A stretch of 64,000 nt of DNA from Candidatus Levybacteria bacterium RIFCSPHIGHO2_02_FULL_40_18 (lineage in GTDB: Bacteria; Patescibacteriota; Microgenomatia; Levybacterales; GWA1-39-11). Within the stretch, counting starts at the first letter, position 1. Each line of letters begins with the position of its first letter. The DNA lies in the NCBI GenBank assembly GCA_001782235.1, contig MFOC01000007.1, positions 13,094 to 77,093 of the forward strand, written 5' to 3'. The position numbers and the translations under genes are program-made. Shown piece after piece: positions 1-9,594 of the stretch. A model generated the notes under the pieces. The model made no database searches. It saw only the letters and a program-made list of their open reading frames with translations, and was not told where the DNA came from.

Positions 1-565
1 AAATTTCATGTTGCAAACTATATTTCTTCTTAGGCTGAAATGTCAAAGTAAACACCCCTGTCCCATCATCGAATTTTGCCTCAAAATAATCCTTAAATAA
101 TCCGTGGCTTTTGAGTAAAGTTTTCAGCTTTTCATCGTCATCAACAATTTCGTCTGATTTTTCATTTCTTAAGACAACTCTCCATGAGGGGTTTATCTTG
201 CCCGTTGATTCATCTACCTCAGGAAGGTCAATGCTTGGTACAAGTCCAAATCTCACAGCTAGAAGTACTCCCCCGTCTTCACCCAAACCGGGCATTATTC
301 CCGATAGGTACCCTTTATCTCTTCTTCTTTTGTCTACTCTTGAGGCTTCATTTTTGAGTTTATGTCCCGACAAACCCGCTAATGCTTGGGGGATTAATAT
401 ATCTTCATCTACGGAGCCGGCTGTCACAAGCATACGGAGAAAATCGCTTTCGCCAAAGAGTTTTCCACGCAGTTGAGCGCTCGCTCCTATCAAAGTGTAC
501 TCTATGGGAGCAAGGTCTTTATTATTTGTGAATTGAATTTCCGTTTCTCTTGATTCAACGGTCAT
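1..565 (-). CDS. hypothetical protein, 3' end beyond window edge
   Basis: ATG at 565, 2 nt after the Fic stop; frame open to position 1 (MTVESRETEIQFTNNK...); not in the ORF track. Confidence 0.7.
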   Translation of the reverse strand, partial: MTVESRETEIQFTNNKDLAPIEYTLIGASAQLRGKLFGESDFLRMLVTAGSVDEDILIPQALAGLSGHKLKNEASRVDKRRRDKGYLSGIMPGLGEDGGVLLAVRFGLVPSIDLPEVDESTGKINPSWRVVLRNEKSDEIVDDDEKLKTLLKSHGLFKDYFEAKFDDGTGVFTLTFQPKKKYSLQHEI

Positions 566-567
566 AG

Positions 568-1605
568 CTAGTCCTTGGTCATGATGTATTTTACACCCTT
601 TGTTACCCCCTGCTTTTTGAGCAATCCTTTCTTCACCAAATCTTGGACTTCTCGTAAAACCGTGTCTTCTGAAACCATAGGAAATAATGTATCATATGCC
701 TTGTTCTCTATATAACCGTTAGCTTGAATATATTCGATTATTTTTAATTGCCTGTCAGAAAGCATTACGGGGCCGCCGAGTTTTTTCTTAAGCTTTGAAT
801 CAATAGAAATATTTTCAATGCGATCTTTTATTTTTGAGAGTTCTGCCGCGAGACACTCTGTAAAATAGGAAAGCCACTCTGTCTGGTCCCCGTTATTTTT
901 CTCAATCGACTGCAAAGCCTCATAATAGCGCTCAGGATCCCTATCAAAATGCTCTTCAAGAGAAAAGAATTGGCGAATGTCATAACCAAGTTTATAGAGT
1001 ACCAGCATTGAGAGAGCTCGGCCTACTCTACCATTTCCGTCTAAAAACGGGTGGATACGAACAAATTCGTAGTGGACAATCCCTCCCTTTAGAACTGGGT
1101 GGATTTCCATCTCGTCATTTATAAAAATGACAAGTTCCTTCATTTGCCACGGCACCTCAACTGCCCGCGGCGGCCGAAAAGCAACATCTCCGGTGATTGA
1201 GTTTCGAATTACTACCTCTTTATTCCTGTAATCACCGGCAGAGTCATTATCTAAAACATTTTTAACAACAATCCTATGAAGCTCGCGAATTGTATCTTCG
1301 TCTACTTTTATATCTGATATTCTGTCTATGTACTCCAAAACTTTTCTATAATTTATTACTTCTTGAACATCACGCTCACGCGCAACCACGCGCTCTCCAT
1401 CCAATATCTTTTGTACCTGAATAAGACTTAGTTCATTCCCTTCAATGTGTGTTCCATAGTGAGTTGTTCTGACAAGCGCCTCATCCTGAAATTTTTTCTC
1501 CCAATAAGGAACAAGAGGCGCGTTTTCTATAATCTGCTTTGCCGCTTCAATATCCCCAATGTTTTTTAAAATCCTATTATTTATTGAGAAGTTAGGAGTA
1601 TACAT
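568..1605 (-). CDS. Fic family protein with C-terminal winged HTH
   Basis: Canonical HPFLDGNGRVGR motif; start taken at MYTPNF, 8 nt after a TAGAAT hexamer. Confidence 0.92.
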   Translation of the reverse strand: MYTPNFSINNRILKNIGDIEAAKQIIENAPLVPYWEKKFQDEALVRTTHYGTHIEGNELSLIQVQKILDGERVVARERDVQEVINYRKVLEYIDRISDIKVDEDTIRELHRIVVKNVLDNDSAGDYRNKEVVIRNSITGDVAFRPPRAVEVPWQMKELVIFINDEMEIHPVLKGGIVHYEFVRIHPFLDGNGRVGRALSMLVLYKLGYDIRQFFSLEEHFDRDPERYYEALQSIEKNNGDQTEWLSYFTECLAAELSKIKDRIENISIDSKLKKKLGGPVMLSDRQLKIIEYIQANGYIENKAYDTLFPMVSEDTVLREVQDLVKKGLLKKQGVTKGVKYIMTKD

Positions 1606-1706
1606 TAAGTCATATTCTACCACAGGCACTATATTTGTGTTATTATCTGGGCAATCCTATTTTTATACTTGCTCTGAGCGGAGTCGAAGGGTTCGGAGGT
1701 ATTGAT

Positions 1707-2795
1707 ATGGTTTTAAAAAAACTTAAATTTATTAATTTCCGAAATCATCGTTTACGACAATTCGATTTTTCGCAAACCACAATAATCATTGGACCAAATA
1801 CGGTTGGCAAAACAAACATTCTTGAGGCAATATATATTTTGTCACGTGGAAAATCCTTCCGCGCAGAACATGACAAAGACACGATTCGTGAGGGGACAGA
1901 GTTTGCACAAATCGAGGCAGATATATTTTCTCACCCCCGAGGTGAAAAGAACCTCCACCTCGGGGGTGGACAAACAGAGGATCGAATAAAGCTTAAGGTT
2001 ATTTTTTCTCTTCAAAAAGGATACCTCTCGAAAAAATTCTTAGTTAATGGCGTAGCAAGAAGGCAATATGACTTTACCTCAAATTTTGTTTCGGTTCTCT
2101 TTACTCCCCATGATATCGAATTAATAACTTCCTCTCCTTCTTCCCGCCGCCGCTATATAGATTCGGTTTTGTACCAAGCGGATAAAAGATATCGGACCGC
2201 GCTTTCAACATATGAAAAAGCACTGAAGCGCCGAAACCGCATGCTATACGACATTAAAGAAGGAAGAAAGCAGTATAAAAGCTCTGATTTTGAGTACTTT
2301 AATAAAATATTGATCGAACAAGGATCGATGCTCGCATCAAAACGCGAAGAGCTCGTCAATTTTGTAAATGAATCGATCAAAAATATTTTTGACTTTACTC
2401 TTTTTTATGATAAGAGCGAGATGTCAGAAGCAAGACTTATGAAATATCATTTTGAAGAACAAAAAGCCGGAGTCACTCTAGTCGGCCCGCAGCGGGACGA
2501 CTTCAAATTTTATTTTCCTCGAACCGAAAAGCCCATCCAGGAATTCGGTTCCCGCGGAGAAGAAAGACTCACAATTTTCCAGCTTAAAGTTCTTGAAGTG
2601 AACTACCTGCTACGCGCCACCAGCCACACGCCCGTCTTACTTCTTGATGATATATTTTCCGAATTAGATGATACCAACATCCACAAGGTGTTCGATTTGT
2701 TGCCAGATCAGCAAACAATCCTCACAACCACCCACCGCGAATTCCTCCCCAAAAAAATCCTCAACAAACAGGACGTTTCGACGATTGAGCTCTAA
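1707..2795 (+). CDS. recF: DNA replication/repair protein RecF
   Basis: NFRN, GPNTVGKTNILEAI (Walker A), GSRGEER, LLLDDIFSELD. Confidence 0.95.
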   Translation: MVLKKLKFINFRNHRLRQFDFSQTTIIIGPNTVGKTNILEAIYILSRGKSFRAEHDKDTIREGTEFAQIEADIFSHPRGEKNLHLGGGQTEDRIKLKVIFSLQKGYLSKKFLVNGVARRQYDFTSNFVSVLFTPHDIELITSSPSSRRRYIDSVLYQADKRYRTALSTYEKALKRRNRMLYDIKEGRKQYKSSDFEYFNKILIEQGSMLASKREELVNFVNESIKNIFDFTLFYDKSEMSEARLMKYHFEEQKAGVTLVGPQRDDFKFYFPRTEKPIQEFGSRGEERLTIFQLKVLEVNYLLRATSHTPVLLLDDIFSELDDTNIHKVFDLLPDQQTILTTTHREFLPKKILNKQDVSTIEL

Positions 2796-2831
2796 TTTGA
2801 TTTAGCCTTGAGTTTATTTTATAATCCCCCC

Positions 2832-3668
2832 ATGCTCGAGCTAAGAAACCATCTCCCTGACTGGAGACTTCAGGTAGAATCATCATCTTTTATAACAGAG
2901 AGAAAAGGTGACGTTACAGAGGGGTCGCAAGCTACTGTATTTACGAGAACGGGTATAGACGTAGTAGTTAAGGTTCCTAAGCACCCTATATTTTTAGAGA
3001 ACTATATTTCTGCAGGAAGAGTCGTCCCGGCTTCAATAGTACCTTTTGAAGTAGTAGAAAATCTCAGTTTACGTGTAGACCATAGAGCCGCTAATTTCTC
3101 GAAAGCTATAGTACAAAAGAAAGTTGATATTGTTCACCCTCTGATTGTAGCCGCAGCCAGGAGTCGTGATGCCGCATTGGTTGAAAGATTAATTGTTGCA
3201 GCTACAGGGGCTGATCGTAAAATGTTTGGGGAAGGTGTATTTGTTTCTGACCCCGGTTTTTCAAACCAAGGGTTAGATAAAGATGGCAGTGTCAAATTCA
3301 CAGACGTAGGGAGTGCCCGAACCAAATTCCCCAACAATATGGATTACAGTAATGTAGCGTTGTGTCGGGCTTTAACTCACTACACGGCGTACTATATGAT
3401 TCGGAGTATATGCTGGGGTATGAAAACTTCATCAGGCATAAGCTTTAACGATTTATATGCTAAAGTGGTAGGGTTTGAGCCAAGAACAATCCCCAGTGCA
3501 TCGTCGACTCGAGAAATTCTGAGAAACAGGTTTGCACCCCAAGTCTCTTTAGCGCTAGCGAAAGCAGGAGATGAAGAATTTAAAAGATTTGCTTCAAACG
3601 GTGCGCCTTTTGATCTCTATACAGAGTTCTTACAAAATTTACCCAAATCACTTTTATGGAAACAGTAA
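2832..3668 (+). CDS. divergent protein-kinase-like protein
   Basis: EGSQATVF loop, VVVK, DPGFSN catalytic-loop-like and TDVG (DFG-like) motifs in kinase order. Confidence 0.5.
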   Translation: MLELRNHLPDWRLQVESSSFITERKGDVTEGSQATVFTRTGIDVVVKVPKHPIFLENYISAGRVVPASIVPFEVVENLSLRVDHRAANFSKAIVQKKVDIVHPLIVAAARSRDAALVERLIVAATGADRKMFGEGVFVSDPGFSNQGLDKDGSVKFTDVGSARTKFPNNMDYSNVALCRALTHYTAYYMIRSICWGMKTSSGISFNDLYAKVVGFEPRTIPSASSTREILRNRFAPQVSLALAKAGDEEFKRFASNGAPFDLYTEFLQNLPKSLLWKQ

Positions 3669-4565
3669 AAGATCTTTCATTACATGAGGTATTTCATTGG
3701 CGAGGTCTGAGGCATTGAAGTAGATTCCCATTTTCTTCTCTAAAGACTCGCCGGCTTTTTTGTTGATATATGAACCCGCACACGCCGATAAAAAGGAGTC
3801 GTTTTTGCAATAAAGCGCGGCAACCAAACCTGCCAGCACATCCCCCGTTCCGCCTTTGGTCATTCCGGGATTTCCGCCTGAAATTCGGTTGCACCGAATT
3901 TCACCCTGAGCGATGGTGAGCGAAGTCGAACCAGAGTCGAAGGGTCCACATACAACATCGTACTCACCCTTAAGTAAAATCACGCAATTATATTCTTTCG
4001 AAAACAGTTCAACTTGTTCTTCAATTTTTGATTTTTGAGTTGTAGTTTTGAGTTTTGAGTTTTGAGTTTTGAGTTTTAAAATCTCGAATTCTTTTCTATG
4101 TGGTGTTAATATTGGCACTGTTTTCAAACTTCGAAGAACTTCCGGATCTATGGTTTGAAGCGATCCCCCATCAACCACCCACTTCTTCTCGGGATGCGAA
4201 CGAAATAGCCTCTCGGTCATTTCTTTTGTGTCATCATCGCCTTCTTCTTGTCCCTCGGGGCGGGGTAAACCCGGTCCAATCAGAACACAATCCGCCTCTT
4301 TAATATAATTCTCGACTTTTGACCGGGGTACAACTATTCCATTTCTAAATTCTTTTTTTGCGCGTTTAACGATTTCATTATTGGTGGGAACAGATGAGTA
4401 AAAAACCATGTCGACAATTCTTGAAGCAACTGCCAGTGCCCAAAGTGATGCGGCATGAAAAAGCTGTGAACCGCCAACAATCAGAAGTTTTCCATTCTGC
4501 CCCTTATGCGAATCAGAAGCCGGCCTGTAGAGATTTTTAAGCAAACTCGAATCAAACTCCTGCAT
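3654..4565 (-). CDS. nnrD: ADP-dependent NAD(P)H-hydrate dehydratase (YjeF C-terminal)
   Basis: HKGQNG, IGPGL, LTPHRKEF, LLKG, GGTGDVLAG. Confidence 0.93.
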   Translation of the reverse strand: MQEFDSSLLKNLYRPASDSHKGQNGKLLIVGGSQLFHAASLWALAVASRIVDMVFYSSVPTNNEIVKRAKKEFRNGIVVPRSKVENYIKEADCVLIGPGLPRPEGQEEGDDDTKEMTERLFRSHPEKKWVVDGGSLQTIDPEVLRSLKTVPILTPHRKEFEILKLKTQNSKLKTTTQKSKIEEQVELFSKEYNCVILLKGEYDVVCGPFDSGSTSLTIAQGEIRCNRISGGNPGMTKGGTGDVLAGLVAALYCKNDSFLSACAGSYINKKAGESLEKKMGIYFNASDLANEIPHVMKDLLLFP

Positions 4566-4611
4566 AATGGGATTATATCAAGTCAGTGGTTAGTTGTCAG
4601 TTGTTAGTGGT

Positions 4612-5313
4612 CTATCCTTCAATTACTGTTCCTACAAATTCTCGGCCCGCAAAATAGTGCTCAAGATTTTCAAAATTATCTCCCTTAAGAATTACAACCA
4701 TCAGTCCCAGTTCCTGCGCTTTCTTTGAAGCAATGGGGTCAAATGGTAAATTCATGCCCGGTACCCATTTATCGCCTACAATTTTCCGAAACTTGTCCCA
4801 TGTAATTTTTTTAATTGGGCGGGCATCAGGATTATGTCTAGGATCGCTGTCATAAACCATATCGATATTACTCAAATTAATAACCGTTTTTACATTGTAA
4901 TCTTCACATATCATTGCAGAACAAAAATCTGTTGACCATCCGGGTTTCCATCCTGATGCAACAACAACAGACTCGGTAACCTTTCTTATAATTTCATAAT
5001 GCTTAAGAATGTATGGATGAGCAAGATCACGAAAAATAGTTCTGACAAGATGAGCGTTGAGTCGTGTTGCATGGATCCCTAGCCAATCAAGATCTTCGGG
5101 AACTAACTCGTGACCTGTTACATTTTGCGCGGCGTCCTGATAATGTCTTGTGGTGGCACCTCCCCCTGTCACAATAAAAAACTGGCGCCCATGATTGTGC
5201 GCCAGTTGTTTTCTGATAAAGTCGTTAAACTTCTTAAGAAATGTAACATCAATTCCCCCATTTGGAACAATAAGTGACCCTCCAAGAGAAATAACAACCT
5301 TATCTTTCTTCAT
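4612..5313 (-). CDS. pyrH: UMP kinase (archaeal-type)
   Basis: ISLGGS, TGGG, LGIHATRLNA, PGWSTD, PFDPIA. Confidence 0.93.
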   Translation of the reverse strand: MKKDKVVISLGGSLIVPNGGIDVTFLKKFNDFIRKQLAHNHGRQFFIVTGGGATTRHYQDAAQNVTGHELVPEDLDWLGIHATRLNAHLVRTIFRDLAHPYILKHYEIIRKVTESVVVASGWKPGWSTDFCSAMICEDYNVKTVINLSNIDMVYDSDPRHNPDARPIKKITWDKFRKIVGDKWVPGMNLPFDPIASKKAQELGLMVVILKGDNFENLEHYFAGREFVGTVIEG

Positions 5314-5428
5314 TAAAAAGGCCCCGCCTGGAGCCTACTTTACCCCACCATCGGCGGGGAAAGTGATTACACCATAAAATATCAAAAACTGTTGACAAAT
5401 GCAAGGGCATTCGACTAATATATAGTCC

Positions 5429-6205
5429 ATGCCAAAAGCCAAATCCCCCCTGCCGGGCCGGAGGCCCTCAGGGCCGGAGGCCTTAACGCTTGGGGATCTT
5501 CTGAAAAAGGTCACTCAAATAAAGGCAAATCAATTACTTTATATTGTTCTTCTAAATGCGGCGTTTCTTCTTGGGTATCTAACAGCTCGGGTTCAATTAC
5601 TTGAGAAAAATCAAGCCACAACTACTCCAAGTTCTCAAACGGCCGGGACTGCTCCTCCTGACAAGGTAGAGGTAAAAGAAGGAAAACTTCCTGTCGTTGG
5701 GCAAACCAACGCTCGCGTAACCATGATCGAATTTTCAGACTTTGAATGTCCTTTCTGTAAAAGATATTTTGACGAAACACTCTCTCAAATTAAAAAGGAC
5801 TACGTTGACACCGGAAAAGTGAAGCTTTACTATAGGCATTTCCCTCTTGACTTTCACCTTGCGGCGCTACCTTCTGCCCTCGCATCAGAATGTGCTAATG
5901 AGCAGGGAAAATTCTGGGAATATCATGATAAAATTTTCACCGAGCAGGATAAAATTTCAGGCAAAACCGCTGATGTAATCACTACACAGCTTAAAACTTG
6001 GGCAGAGGAGCAAGGACTGAACACCCAACAATTCAACAGCTGTCTTGATACGCAAAAGTATAAATCAAATGTAGATGCCGACTTAAATGATGGAAGAACT
6101 GCGGGAGTCTCAGGAACTCCAACCTTCTTTATAAACGGCAATAGATTAGTTGGCGCCCAACCCTACGCCTCCTTCAAAACCCTAATCGACGAAGAACTCA
6201 AATAG
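5429..6205 (+). CDS. DsbA-family thioredoxin-like oxidoreductase, N-terminal TM
   Basis: EFSDFECPFC, RHFPL, GTPTFFING. Confidence 0.92.
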   Translation: MPKAKSPLPGRRPSGPEALTLGDLLKKVTQIKANQLLYIVLLNAAFLLGYLTARVQLLEKNQATTTPSSQTAGTAPPDKVEVKEGKLPVVGQTNARVTMIEFSDFECPFCKRYFDETLSQIKKDYVDTGKVKLYYRHFPLDFHLAALPSALASECANEQGKFWEYHDKIFTEQDKISGKTADVITTQLKTWAEEQGLNTQQFNSCLDTQKYKSNVDADLNDGRTAGVSGTPTFFINGNRLVGAQPYASFKTLIDEELK

Positions 6206-6294
6206 TAGGGCATCAAGGGTACCAAGTGTACCACGGGTACCACAAGCGATTTCCCCCGTGATACTTTTGATACATGTGATACTCGTGATACTCT

Positions 6295-7161
6295 TTATTG
6301 TTGACAATTTGGGCAAAAGTAGGTTCCGCGGCCCCCGATTCGTATAAATTTAATTGTCGAACCGCAGTTGGGGCATTTTTGACCGCGTTTTCCATAAACT
6401 AATGTGTGGTTTTGGTATTCTCCTTCCTGACCCAAAATATTAACGAACGAAAGTTCGGATGCGCCCCTACTCGCGAGGCCTTTTTTGAGTACGAACAAAA
6501 TAGAATCATAAAGTTTCTTAAGCTCTTCTTCCGAAAGGCTTTTCCCCGTCTTTCGGGGATCAATTCCTGCGCGAAATAACGCATCGTTTGCGTAAATATT
6601 CCCGATCCCTCCCATATTTGTCTGGTCCATTAAAAGCGGCTTAATCTTTGTAACCTTTTTCCCAACTACGAATTTAAATCGTGCAAAAGTTAAATCTTTG
6701 AAGGGCTCGGGCCCCATATCCCGAAAAAAGGGAAGCTTCGAAACCTTATCCGATTTAATAACCTTAATCCAGCCGAATCGCCGTTGGTCGTTGTAGTACA
6801 AGTAGGCTGTTGGCTTTTGGCTGTTGGCAGTTAGCTTGGATAGTTTGAATATAACGTGTGTAAATTTATTCGGAAGATCACCCCCAACTTTTGCAGAGAG
6901 CGAAACATTTTTGGTCTTTTCGTCTCTGTAAATAAGCTGACCCGTTAATTTTATATGTATAGCCAAACAATAACCGTTCGATAATTCTAAAATTAATCCC
7001 TTCCCTACTCTTCGAGCATCTTTAACAGTCGAACCGATTACTTTTTCTTTTTCTCCCTGAAAAACCTTTGGGTGTAATATCTCGACATCTAAAATCTTAT
7101 GCCCCAAAACATATTTAATTAAACCAAGTCGAAGCGTTTCAACTTCGGGCAATTCAGGCAT
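6295..7161 (-). CDS. mutM: formamidopyrimidine-DNA glycosylase
   Basis: MPELPEVE, GIGNIYA (H2TH), C-terminal C4 zinc finger. Confidence 0.97.
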   Translation of the reverse strand: MPELPEVETLRLGLIKYVLGHKILDVEILHPKVFQGEKEKVIGSTVKDARRVGKGLILELSNGYCLAIHIKLTGQLIYRDEKTKNVSLSAKVGGDLPNKFTHVIFKLSKLTANSQKPTAYLYYNDQRRFGWIKVIKSDKVSKLPFFRDMGPEPFKDLTFARFKFVVGKKVTKIKPLLMDQTNMGGIGNIYANDALFRAGIDPRKTGKSLSEEELKKLYDSILFVLKKGLASRGASELSFVNILGQEGEYQNHTLVYGKRGQKCPNCGSTIKFIRIGGRGTYFCPNCQQ

Positions 7162-7162
7162 T

Positions 7163-7285
7163 TTATTTAAATCTCCTTCCCAATTTTAATGTTCTTGCCC
7201 CGTACAATCGCCCCTTCGACGCGAGGATGTAAACCTCGGGAGAAGGCAAGCTCTGTATGGGGTCTACTTCTGGTAATTCCGGCAT
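7163..7285 (-). pseudogene. duplicated mutM 5' fragment interrupted by a palindromic insert
   Basis: Translates MPELPEV-DPIQ...LYGA-RTLKLGRRFK*, compared with mutM MPELPEVETLRLG; hairpin at 7197-7263. Confidence 0.65.
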
Positions 7286-8293
7286 TTATTGAAAAGGTTG
7301 CGACTTTGCTTGTTCGATACTTCCGATGTTTGCCAGTTTTGCATCAGGATTAATCCTTTTAACCAAACCTGTTAAAACACTTCCATGGCCGAATTCACGG
7401 AATGCACTAATACCTCTTGCTTTCATATTGTTAACCACAGAAACCCAATCAACGGGTTTTGCAATTTCCCCTGGCAGAAAACGTGTTATATCCCTCCCCA
7501 TAGCAAGGGGCTGACCTGTAGAATTAAGGTAGACTGGAACCTTAGGGTCATTAATTTTTACCCTGTCAACAGATTTTGCAAAAAGCTCGACAGCAGGCTT
7601 CATCAACTCCGAGTGATGAAAAGCATCAGATGTAGAAAGAGATGTAACCCTGTGGCCCGCAAATTTAATCCCTGCTCCCGCACTCACTACATCTTCTAAC
7701 CTTCCACTTACAACAATTTGCATTGGCGAATTTAAGTTAACAAGCTCAACATTAAATTCAGAACAAATTTTTTCAAGACCACCAATGTCGATTGGTTCCC
7801 TGTTTGTAACTGCGGCCATTGCTCCAGGTTTACGCCCTTTTTTTGCGTCTCTTATCGCTTCACCGCGTTCACGCGCTAACCAGAGGGCCTCCATCCTACC
7901 AAGCGCCCCTGCTCTCCATAAAGCACCAACTATTCCTGCACTATGCCCTGAAACTGCAAAAGGGCTTTCAACTTCTTGTCCAAATTCTTCAAGTGCGGCA
8001 ACAGATGCCATACTTACAGCAAGTACTGCAGGCTGTGCATTTTCCGTCTCTGATAGCTGTGCAACTTCTTCTTCCGAACCGTTTAGAATCAAGTCACTAA
8101 AGACCCTAATGCCGGGAAAAATTGGCCCAAGAATTGCATCTATATGAGTAAGCACTCGTTCGGCCTTTGGGGAATTAAATAGGCCCCTTGCCGTACCAAC
8201 AAGCTCCCTTGGTACAAACCCTTGTCCTGGGAATACATCTGCAATTTTTAATGGGGCCGGCTCGCTCTCATGTCTTTCGATAACCTCACTCAT
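7286..8293 (-). CDS. fabD: malonyl-CoA:ACP transacylase
   Basis: FPGQG, TENAQPA, GHSAG nucleophile motif, SDAFH, EFGHGSVLTGL. Confidence 0.85.
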   Translation of the reverse strand: MSEVIERHESEPAPLKIADVFPGQGFVPRELVGTARGLFNSPKAERVLTHIDAILGPIFPGIRVFSDLILNGSEEEVAQLSETENAQPAVLAVSMASVAALEEFGQEVESPFAVSGHSAGIVGALWRAGALGRMEALWLARERGEAIRDAKKGRKPGAMAAVTNREPIDIGGLEKICSEFNVELVNLNSPMQIVVSGRLEDVVSAGAGIKFAGHRVTSLSTSDAFHHSELMKPAVELFAKSVDRVKINDPKVPVYLNSTGQPLAMGRDITRFLPGEIAKPVDWVSVVNNMKARGISAFREFGHGSVLTGLVKRINPDAKLANIGSIEQAKSQPFQ

Positions 8294-8304
8294 TGCGGCC
8301 TATT

Positions 8305-9564
8305 TTACTTTAAGCCCTTAATAAAATCCAATATCTTTTTGTCAAACACATCACTTGAAAACTTTTGGGCCTGCTTGCGGCACGTCTCCGAGGAAATTTT
8401 TAATGACTCGAACTTTTTTATCGCATCGACCAGTGAATCTAAGGTGTATTCTCTAAAAAATAATCCGGTTTTTTCATCAATAACACTCTCTTTGTATCCC
8501 CCCCCATAATATGCAATGACTGGTGTTCCAGAGAGCATTGCTTCAACTGGCGTCATGCCAAAATCCTCATCCTCGGCAAGCGCTAAAAATGCTTTTGCAC
8601 CAGAATATAACTTTGCAAGTTCCTCATCCCTTACATGCCCCAAAAACTCTACGTTTTTTTCGGCTTTTTTTGAAAGAGATTTATATCCTGTGTAATACCC
8701 GGCAGGAAGTCCAACGATTTTTAGCTTGATTCCGAGTTTTGCCGCTGCCTCAACAGCCAAATCCAAACCCTTCGAACCGACAATTCGCCCCACTACTAAA
8801 TAGTAATCTCTTTTCACCCCCGAGGGGCGGACTGAAGCGCTAGCGAGGGAGCCCGCCTGCGAGCGGAGCGAGACAGGGGTGGAGAAAGCGGGGGTGGGCA
8901 ACGTCACTGGAGGATAAATTACCGTTGCATCTCGTCTGTAAAACTTTTGAATTCTTGCTTTTGTTTCCTCCGAATTAGCAATAAAGTAGTCCACTTTTTG
9001 TGCCATTTTAAAATCATAAAGCCGCAAGAAATGGCCAACAATCATTCCGTAAAGTTTAATTGGCCAATATCTTTGCCACTCAATTGAAGTCCGATAACCA
9101 TATAACCAGCGCGGCGGGGTGTGGCAGTAACATATCTCAATTGGCCCTTTCCCCCCCGAGGGGCGGACCGAAGCGTCAGCGAGGGAGCCCGCCTGCGAGC
9201 GGAGCGAGACAGGGGTGGAGAAAGCGGGGGTGGATTTGCGACTTCCGAAACCCTTAGTCACGTACCAAGATGCCGAACTTATGACCACGTCGTATTTTGA
9301 AAAATCGAAACTTGCCCAAATTAGTGGAGTTAGGAAACGCAAAGGGCTATGAAGCTTGTCGGCAAAAAAAGGAATGTAATGAACCCAAGAAGGAATAATT
9401 TTTGCACCTTTTAATCGCGCATAAGCGGTCGATCCTTCTTTGTAAAATGCCGTGTAAATAGGCGCATCGGGAAAAAGCTTGTGTAATTCCTCCACCACTC
9501 GCTCCGCCCCTCCGTATTCCTTTATATAATCATGGACTATAGCTACTTTGATGCTAGAACTCAT
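8305..9564 (-). CDS. GT4 glycosyltransferase with two internal repeat inserts
   Basis: HDY..GGAERV, YCHTPPR, EDFGMTPVEAM. Confidence 0.92.
   Translation of the reverse strand: MSSSIKVAIVHDYIKEYGGAERVVEELHKLFPDAPIYTAFYKEGSTAYARLKGAKIIPSWVHYIPFFADKLHSPLRFLTPLIWASFDFSKYDVVISSASWYVTKGFGSRKSTPAFSTPVSLRSQAGSLADASVRPSGGKGPIEICYCHTPPRWLYGYRTSIEWQRYWPIKLYGMIVGHFLRLYDFKMAQKVDYFIANSEETKARIQKFYRRDATVIYPPVTLPTPAFSTPVSLRSQAGSLASASVRPSGVKRDYYLVVGRIVGSKGLDLAVEAAAKLGIKLKIVGLPAGYYTGYKSLSKKAEKNVEFLGHVRDEELAKLYSGAKAFLALAEDEDFGMTPVEAMLSGTPVIAYYGGGYKESVIDEKTGLFFREYTLDSLVDAIKKFESLKISSETCRKQAQKFSSDVFDKKILDFIKGLK
8815..9233. repeat. two 83-nt GC-rich inserts (8815-8897, 9151-9233) inside the glycosyltransferase
   Basis: 79/83 identical by eye; the first copy ends in CACCCCCG...CGGGGGTG. 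Confidence 0.9.
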
Positions 9565-9594
9565 ATGTTATAACTCAGATCTACATGTTAGATC

